From NCBI RefSeq assembly GCF_000090965.1, contig NC_011878.1:1-6054 (forward strand): 6,054 bases of DNA, read 5' to 3'. A program made the translations under genes and the position numbers. This document shows, one piece after another, positions 1 to 6,054 of the stretch (within the stretch, counting starts at the first letter, position 1; every line of letters starts with the position of its first letter). Below the pieces are notes generated by a model, which was given only the letters and a program-made list of their open reading frames with translations, was not told the DNA's origin and searched no databases. The DNA is from Candidatus Saccharimonadota bacterium. Its GTDB lineage: Bacteria; Pseudomonadota; Gammaproteobacteria; Enterobacterales; Enterobacteriaceae.

Positions 1-1551
1 ATGAACGAAAAAATAATTATTTTTGACACTACTTTACGCGATGGCGAACAGGCGTTGCTAACTAGTTTAACGTCTAATGAAAAAATTCAGATAGCTTTAG
101 CTTTAGAACGTTTGGGAGTAGATGTAATTGAGGTGGGTTTTCCTGTTTCCTCTCCGGGAGATTTTAAATCGGTACAAATGCTTTCTAAAATTATAAAAAA
201 CAGTAAGATTTGTAGTTTAGCTCGCTGTTTACCAAACGATATAACTATTGCAGCGGATGCTATGCAATTTTCAAAAAATTTTAGAATTCATTTATTTTTA
301 GGCACTTCTGATTTGCATGTATCTTCTAAATTAAAAAAAAATTTTAATGAAATAATTGAGATGGCAGTTGCTTCAGTCAAACAAGCAAAAAAATTTACGA
401 ATGATATTGAATTTTCGTGCGAAGATGCTGGTCGAACTACATTACAAAACTTATATTGTATTATTGAAGCTGTAATTAAAGCGGGTGCAACTACTGTTAA
501 TATTCCAGATACTGTAGGATATACTACTCCAACCCAATTCAAAAAAATAATTACTATGTTATTTAATCACGTAAAAAATATACATCAAGCAATTATTTCT
601 GTACATTGTCATAATGATTTAGGAATGGCTGTAGCGAACTCTATTAGTGCTGTTGAGGCTGGAGTGAGACAAATTGAAGGAACTATGAATGGTTTGGGAG
701 AACGTGCTGGAAATGCTGCTTTAGAAGAAGTTATTATGACATTAAATGTCCATAAAAATTCTTTAAAAGTCTCTACTGATATTAATATAAAAGAGATTCA
801 CAGAACCAGTAAGATCGTTAGTCAATTTTGCAATACACCGATTCCTTTAAATAAAGCCATTATAGGAAAAAATGTGTTTTCTCATTCCTCTGGTATTCAT
901 CAAGACGGTGTATTAAAAAATAGAAAAAACTATGAAATTATTGATCCAAATTCTATCGGATTTACTGATTATTGTTCTTTGAACTTGACTTCTCGCTCCG
1001 GGCGAGCAGCAGTCAAGCATCATATGAAAAAAATGGGATACGAAAATAGCGATTATAATTTAAACGAATTGTACATAGATTTTTTAAAATTAGCCGATAA
1101 AAAAGGTCGAATTTTTGATTATGATTTAGAAGCTTTAGCATTTTTTAAAAAACAACAAAATACAGAAGAATATTATAAATTGGAATATTTTGATGTTCAA
1201 TCAAAATTATCAGGATTGTCTACTGCATATATTGTTTTAATATGTGGTTCTCAAACTAACATTCAAAAAGCTACCACCTATAATGGTCCAGTGGATGCAA
1301 TATATCAAGCTTTAAATAAAGCAACTCTATATTCAATAGTTTTAAAAAAATTTCATTTGGAAGCAAATGGAGAGGGAAAAGATGCTTTGGGAAAAGTAAA
1401 TATTATTGTTCAATACAAATTACGGAATTTTCATGGAGTTGGTTTAGCTACTGATATTATTGAAGCATCAGCTCAAGCTATGGTAAATGTACTTAATTAT
1501 ATTTGGAAATCTCAACAGGTTAATAAGGAACTGGAAAGATTGCAGAAATAA
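1..1551 (+). CDS. leuA: 2-isopropylmalate synthase
   Basis: 516-aa ORF. The N-terminus [15 protein letters not shown]...[27 protein letters not shown] is near-identical to my recollection of E. coli LeuA. The metal-binding [13 protein letters not shown] motif is present. Length is close to the enterobacterial protein (~520 aa), so the C-terminal regulatory domain appears retained. TAA stop at 1549-1551. Confidence 0.97.
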   Translation: MNEKIIIFDTTLRDGEQALLTSLTSNEKIQIALALERLGVDVIEVGFPVSSPGDFKSVQMLSKIIKNSKICSLARCLPNDITIAADAMQFSKNFRIHLFLGTSDLHVSSKLKKNFNEIIEMAVASVKQAKKFTNDIEFSCEDAGRTTLQNLYCIIEAVIKAGATTVNIPDTVGYTTPTQFKKIITMLFNHVKNIHQAIISVHCHNDLGMAVANSISAVEAGVRQIEGTMNGLGERAGNAALEEVIMTLNVHKNSLKVSTDINIKEIHRTSKIVSQFCNTPIPLNKAIIGKNVFSHSSGIHQDGVLKNRKNYEIIDPNSIGFTDYCSLNLTSRSGRAAVKHHMKKMGYENSDYNLNELYIDFLKLADKKGRIFDYDLEALAFFKKQQNTEEYYKLEYFDVQSKLSGLSTAYIVLICGSQTNIQKATTYNGPVDAIYQALNKATLYSIVLKKFHLEANGEGKDALGKVNIIVQYKLRNFHGVGLATDIIEASAQAMVNVLNYIWKSQQVNKELERLQK

Positions 1552-1587
1552 AAAAATAATTGTGTTCTTTTTTTTTAAAAATATTAT

Positions 1588-2445
1588 TTGGAGACAATTG
1601 TGTTTAAAAGAAAAAAATATGTTGACAATCCTTATCCTAAATTTGTTCAACCTAAAAATCATAAAAAACGTCCAGCTTTTATTCGATACGCAATGCGATG
1701 TGCTGCTCAAACTGATGTAGCTAGAAACGAATTGTATTATACTAATCCATTAAAAAATCCTATAACAGGATGTGTTTTGCATAGAAAAAGACGTTTAAAT
1801 GAACATAGAGCACGAGCATTAAGAGCTGTGGTGCAAGCGATGCTATATTATTTTAATATAGCATCTATGTTAGTTATGGCATCTGTTGAAAAATTGTCTG
1901 ATGTATGTGGATTATCTACTTATTCTAGCGCAGGGAATAAATCTATTACACGCGCTTCTCGTCTTATTACTCAATTTATGGAACCTATGGGTCTTATAAG
2001 TTGTGAAAAAATTTGGGACAAAATTTTAGGAATGTATATTCCTAAAATTATTTATTTGAAACCTTTGTTTTTTATGCTTTTTGATATTTCTAAAATAAGA
2101 CTCAAACGTGTTCGAATAAAGCAATTAGAATGGATCAATTCGCAATTAAAGAAAAAAGGGGAATATCCGATAACATTATTAGAAATTGAAAAACAGGCTA
2201 AAGAAAAACACATCCATTCCGCTTTATTATTTAGAAAGTCTAAATATATCATTAAAAAACAAAAAAACAAAGCAAAAAAATTTTTGGAATTAGACGAAAA
2301 ATATGCAAAATCGTATATATTAAATAATTTGGTGAAAAAATATTCGACCAAAGAATTATGCAAACTTGGATTGACTAAATTGAAAAGAAAGGTAAATTGC
2401 GAATATTTTAGATTAAAAAAATTAGCACAACTTCCAGTTGTGTGA
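1588..2445 (+). CDS. repA: Plasmid replication initiator, IncFII RepA (RepA1) family
   Basis: 285-aa ORF. YVDNPYPKFVQP and GLSTYSSAGNKSITRASRLITQFMEPMGLISCEKIWDKILGMYIPK align with R100/R1 RepA as I recall it (VKNPNPVFTP; GLATESGAGKLSITRATRALTFLSELGLITYQTEYDPLIGCYIPT). The C-terminal half is basic and Lys-rich. The start is ambiguous: TTG at 1588 (ORF track) or in-frame GTG at 1600, which has GGAG (1590-1593) 6 nt upstream. TGA stop at 2443-2445 is followed directly by TAA. Confidence 0.9.
   Translation: METIVFKRKKYVDNPYPKFVQPKNHKKRPAFIRYAMRCAAQTDVARNELYYTNPLKNPITGCVLHRKRRLNEHRARALRAVVQAMLYYFNIASMLVMASVEKLSDVCGLSTYSSAGNKSITRASRLITQFMEPMGLISCEKIWDKILGMYIPKIIYLKPLFFMLFDISKIRLKRVRIKQLEWINSQLKKKGEYPITLLEIEKQAKEKHIHSALLFRKSKYIIKKQKNKAKKFLELDEKYAKSYILNNLVKKYSTKELCKLGLTKLKRKVNCEYFRLKKLAQLPVV
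1590..1593 (+). promoter_or_regulatory. Candidate Shine-Dalgarno (GGAG) for repA, if translation starts at GTG 1600
   Basis: GGAG lies 6 nt upstream of the in-frame GTG at 1600. It is one of very few purine-rich SD-like tetramers in front of any gene in this window. Confidence 0.35.
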
Positions 2446-2461
2446 TAATTTTTTTTTGAAA

Positions 2462-2479
2462 TTTTTTTTTTTTTTTTTT
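2462..2479. repeat. Homopolymer T18
   Basis: Counted directly: a(2461), t x18 (2462-2479), g(2480). A T9 run at 2449-2457 precedes it. Confidence 0.95.
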
Positions 2480-2537
2480 GGATTATTATGCGTTTAATTA
2501 CGTAGGGGGTATTTTTTTTAAAAATTTTATTTTACGA

Positions 2538-2648
2538 ATCTATTATTTTTTTTCACTTGCATCTAATGTTTTTTTTTATTTTTTTTTTTTTTTTTGAGTA
2601 TTCTTTTTTAAAAAAAACATTAGATGCAAGTGAAAAAAAATAATAGAT
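2538..2648. repeat. Perfect 39-bp inverted repeat (arms 2538-2576 and 2610-2648) with a 33-nt T-rich loop
   Basis: Left arm ATCTATTA-T8-CACTTGCATCTAATG-T8. Right arm A8-CATTAGATGCAAGTG-A8-TAATAGAT. I checked it base by base and found 39/39 complementary positions. Pairing breaks at 2537/2649 and at 2577/2609. The loop 2577-2609 contains a T17 run. Confidence 0.93.
2579..2595. repeat. Homopolymer T17 inside the loop of the large inverted repeat
   Basis: Counted directly: a(2578), t x17 (2579-2595), g(2596). Confidence 0.95.
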
Positions 2649-2681
2649 GCTTCTTAAAGAGATACATGCAAAATAACTTTT

Positions 2682-2701
2682 AAAAAAAAAAAAAAAAAAA
2701 A
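2682..2701. repeat. Homopolymer A20
   Basis: Counted directly: t(2681), a x20 (2682-2701), t(2702). It is complementary to the T18 and T17 runs upstream. Confidence 0.95.
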
Positions 2702-2708
2702 TAAAGAT

Positions 2709-2731
2709 ATATACTATAATATATAGTATAT
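2709..2731. repeat. Small inverted repeat (10-bp arms ATATACTATA / TATAGTATAT, 3-nt loop) containing a TATAAT hexamer
   Basis: Arms 2709-2718 and 2722-2731 are exactly complementary. TATAAT at 2715-2720 spans the left arm and loop, 52 nt upstream of the leuB ATG. Confidence 0.7.
2715..2720 (+). promoter_or_regulatory. Possible -10 hexamer (TATAAT) for leuBCD
   Basis: Exact sigma-70 -10 consensus upstream of leuB. The -35 position falls in the A20 tract, so there is no TTGACA-like element. Such hexamers also arise by chance in DNA this AT-rich. Confidence 0.2.
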
Positions 2732-2742
2732 TAATACAGTAA

Positions 2743-3875
<1,133 letters not shown>

Positions 3876-3876
<1 letters not shown>

Positions 3877-5267
3877 TGAAAACTACTTTATATCAAAAAA
3901 TATTTGATTCACATTTAATATATGAAGATAAAAATACCACACCAATTATTTATATTGATTTACATTTAATTCACGAAGTCACATCTCCACAAGCATTCGA
4001 TGGATTACGATTAAAAAAAAGGTTAGTTCGTAATCCTTTAAAAACTTTTGCTACCATGGATCACAATGTTTCAACAATTTCTAGAAAAATTAGTGATTCT
4101 AAAAAAATGGCAAAAATTCAAATGCGAACATTAATAAAAAATTGTAAAGATTTCAATATTCCTCTTTATGATTTAAAAAATATTAATCAAGGAATTGTAC
4201 ATGTTATAGGTCCAGAACAGGGTATGACTTTACCAGGTATGACCGTTGTTTGTGGTGACTCTCACACTTCTACACATGGAGCTTTTGGTGCTTTAGCATT
4301 TGGTATAGGTACTTCTGAGGTAGAACATGTTTTTGCTACACAAACCATACTACAGAATCGTATGAAAAATATGAGAATATCTATTTATGGAAATATAAAA
4401 AAAAATATTTTTTCTAAAGATATTATTTTAAATATTATCAATAAAATTGGTACTTCAGGTGGTACTGGTTATGTCGTAGAATTTTCTGGCTCAGTAATAA
4501 AAAAAATGAGTATGGAAAGTCGTATGACCATATGCAATATGGCTATTGAAATGGGAGCAAAATCAGGAATTATTGAACCCGATGCAATAACTTATAATTA
4601 TTTAAAAAATAAAAATTTTGTTCCAAAAAATCGTTCTTGGAAAGAATATATTCGAAAATGGAATAATTTAAAGTCTGGACCAAAATCTTTTTTTGAGCAA
4701 GACTTTTCTATTAATATTAGTCATATTTCTCCACAAATTACCTGGGGAACTAATCCTTCTCAAGTAATTCCAATTAATGGAAAAATACCAATATTAAAAG
4801 ATATACAAGATGTTAATGTAAGAGAGGATACCGAACGATCTTTAGAATACATGGGTTTAAAACCTGGTACAAGTTTGTTAAATATACCAGTTGATAAAGT
4901 TTTTATAGGTTCTTGTACTAATTCAAGAATTGAAGATTTAAGAGTTGTAGCGTCTGTTGTACAAAACAAGAAAATTTCTGATAATATTGAAGCATTAATA
5001 GTTCCTGGATCGGGGTTAGTAAAAAAACAAGCTGAAAAAGAAGGTCTCGATAAAATTTTTAAAAATGCTGGTTTTCAATGGAGACATGCGGGTTGTTCTA
5101 TGTGTTTAGGTATGAACGAAGATCAATTAAAACCATACGAAAGATGCGCTTCGACTAGTAATAGAAATTTTGAAGGAAGACAGGGGCCAAAAGGAAGAAC
5201 TCATCTTATGAGTCCTTGGTTAGCTGCTCAAACCGCTCTATATGGAAAATTTGTGCATATTGCATAA
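3876..5267 (+). CDS. leuC: 3-isopropylmalate dehydratase large subunit
   Basis: 463-aa [66 protein letters not shown], the Fe-S ligand contexts [13 protein letters not shown] and GCSMCLGMN, and [14 protein letters not shown] are typical of the aconitase-family LeuC. The ATG overlaps the leuB TAA by 1 nt. Confidence 0.97.
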
Positions 5268-5317
5268 CAATTTTCTATTTTAAAAAATTATTTTTAAAAA
5301 GATAAGTCAATATAATA

Positions 5318-5923
5318 ATGAAAAATTTTATACAACATATTGGTGTTTTAGTTCCACTAGATATATCAAATATTGATACAGATATTATTATTCCGAAACA
5401 GTTTTTACAAAAAATCACACGTACTGGTTTTGGTAAACATTTATTTTTTAATTGGAGATTTAAAGATTCTGAAGGAAAAATTAAAAATGATAAATTTATT
5501 TTGAATCATGATAATTATCGAAAAGCCAGTATTTTATTAACAAGAGAAAATTTTGGTTGTGGTTCTTCTCGAGAACACGCAGTTTGGGCTTTAATGGATT
5601 ATGGATTTAAAGTCATTATAGCTCAGAGTTTTTCTGATATATTTGTTAATAATTGTTTAAATAATAGATTATTATTAATTTCTCTTTCTAAAAAACATAT
5701 TGAAAAATTATTTTTTATAACTCAACACAAAAAAAGAAAAATTTGTTTAATTGATTTATTGAAAGAAAAAATTATTGTAGATAAATATAATATTTCTTTC
5801 AAAATTGATTTCATTCAAAAACAATCAATTATGTATGGCTTTGATAACATTGACTATACATTAAAACATAAAAAAAAAATTGATTTATACGAAAAAAAGA
5901 AAAATAAATATGTTTTCTTTTGA
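5318..5923 (+). CDS. leuD: 3-isopropylmalate dehydratase small subunit
   Basis: 201-aa ORF, the same length as E. coli LeuD as I recall it. VPLDISNIDTDIIIPKQFLQKITRTGFG and ENFGCGSSREHAVWALMDYGFKVIIAQSFSDIF are diagnostic LeuD blocks. Confidence 0.95.
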   Translation: MKNFIQHIGVLVPLDISNIDTDIIIPKQFLQKITRTGFGKHLFFNWRFKDSEGKIKNDKFILNHDNYRKASILLTRENFGCGSSREHAVWALMDYGFKVIIAQSFSDIFVNNCLNNRLLLISLSKKHIEKLFFITQHKKRKICLIDLLKEKIIVDKYNISFKIDFIQKQSIMYGFDNIDYTLKHKKKIDLYEKKKNKYVFF

Positions 5924-5949
5924 TTTTTATTGTTGAAATTGTAATTCAA

Positions 5950-5989
5950 GTCTCTAGTATTTTAGAGCATAAAATACTAGAGACATTTT
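5950..5989 (+). terminator. Rho-independent-type terminator downstream of leuD
   Basis: The 15-bp perfect stem (5950-5964 GTCTCTAGTATTTTA / 5970-5984 TAAAATACTAGAGAC) has a 5-nt loop GAGCA and is followed by A-TTTT (5985-5989). It starts 27 nt after the leuD stop. The stem has only 4 G:C pairs and the T-tail is short. Confidence 0.55.
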
Positions 5990-6054
5990 AAAAAAAATTA
6001 ATAAAAATATATTTTTTTTACACAAATATTATTTTTACAATAGGTATTTAAAAC

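Noticed and set aside
288-542. 84-aa ORF on the minus strand inside leuA
   Set aside because: It lies entirely antisense to a strongly conserved region of leuA. It has a low-complexity, hydrophobic composition and no recognisable motif. This is a typical shadow ORF.
1468-1710. 80-aa minus-strand ORF and the 77-aa plus-strand ORF (1487-1720) spanning the leuA-repA junction
   Set aside because: Both overlap the conserved leuA 3' end and repA 5' end in other frames, and both translate to AT-bias junk (F/I/K/N-rich). I considered the minus-strand stretch as a CopA-like antisense RNA locus, but I could not see a convincing stem-loop or promoter by eye.
2052-2363. 103-aa minus-strand ORF inside repA
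   Set aside because: It is antisense to repA, with no motif and no start context. It is a shadow ORF in AT-rich, stop-poor sequence.
2488-2505. Mini-ORF ATG CGT TTA ATT ACG TAG (MRLIT*) in the repA-leuB spacer
   Set aside because: It has only 5 codons and no SD, and such ORFs are expected by chance. Nothing supports it as a leader peptide.
2538-2648. The large hairpin as a rho-independent (bidirectional) terminator, or as IS/MITE terminal inverted repeats
   Set aside because: There is no U-tract after the stem in either orientation. The arms are only 33 nt apart, with no transposase and no flanking direct repeats. A classical terminator or mobile-element reading is therefore not supported. 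It is kept as an origin or structural candidate.
2462-2701. Repetitive spacer as a CRISPR array or tandem-repeat locus
   Set aside because: The repeats are homopolymers plus one palindrome. There is no repeat-spacer periodicity and no cas genes.
4760-4969. 69-aa minus-strand ORF inside leuC
   Set aside because: It is antisense to the most conserved part of leuC (the [11 protein letters not shown] region). It is a shadow ORF.
6017-6041. Possible leuA promoter: TTTACA (6017-6022) and TACAAT (6036-6041)
   Set aside because: The spacer between the two hexamers is only 13 nt. A transcription start after TACAAT would leave a ~7-nt leader that excludes the weak AGG (6042-6044). Such hexamers are frequent by chance in DNA this AT-rich. 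The call also depends on the unverified assumption that the molecule is circular.

Overview
The window is extremely AT-rich by eye (not computed) and holds five full-length genes, all on the + strand: leuA, an IncFII-type repA, then leuB, leuC and leuD. This is the complete leucine pathway from 2-oxoisovalerate plus one plasmid replication initiator, which matches the known pLeu leucine plasmids of the aphid endosymbiont Buchnera aphidicola. That assignment is from memory and needs BLAST. Coordinate 1 is the leuA ATG and the last 131 nt are non-coding, so the window may be a linearised complete circular replicon. I see no novel multi-gene system, CRISPR array, tRNA/rRNA gene or IS element. The unexplained structure lies in the non-coding DNA. 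(a) The 327-nt repA-leuB spacer contains a perfect 39-bp inverted repeat around a T-rich loop, flanked by T18 and A20 homopolymers, with a recurring TAGATGC/GCATCTA motif. It sits where IncFII plasmids place oriR. (b) repA starts only 36-48 nt after the leuA stop, leaving no room for the IncFII copB/copA/tap control cassette. (c) A 15-bp stem-loop terminator follows leuD, and no leu leader peptide or attenuator is visible. (d) A9-A10 tracts occur in-frame inside the CDSs.
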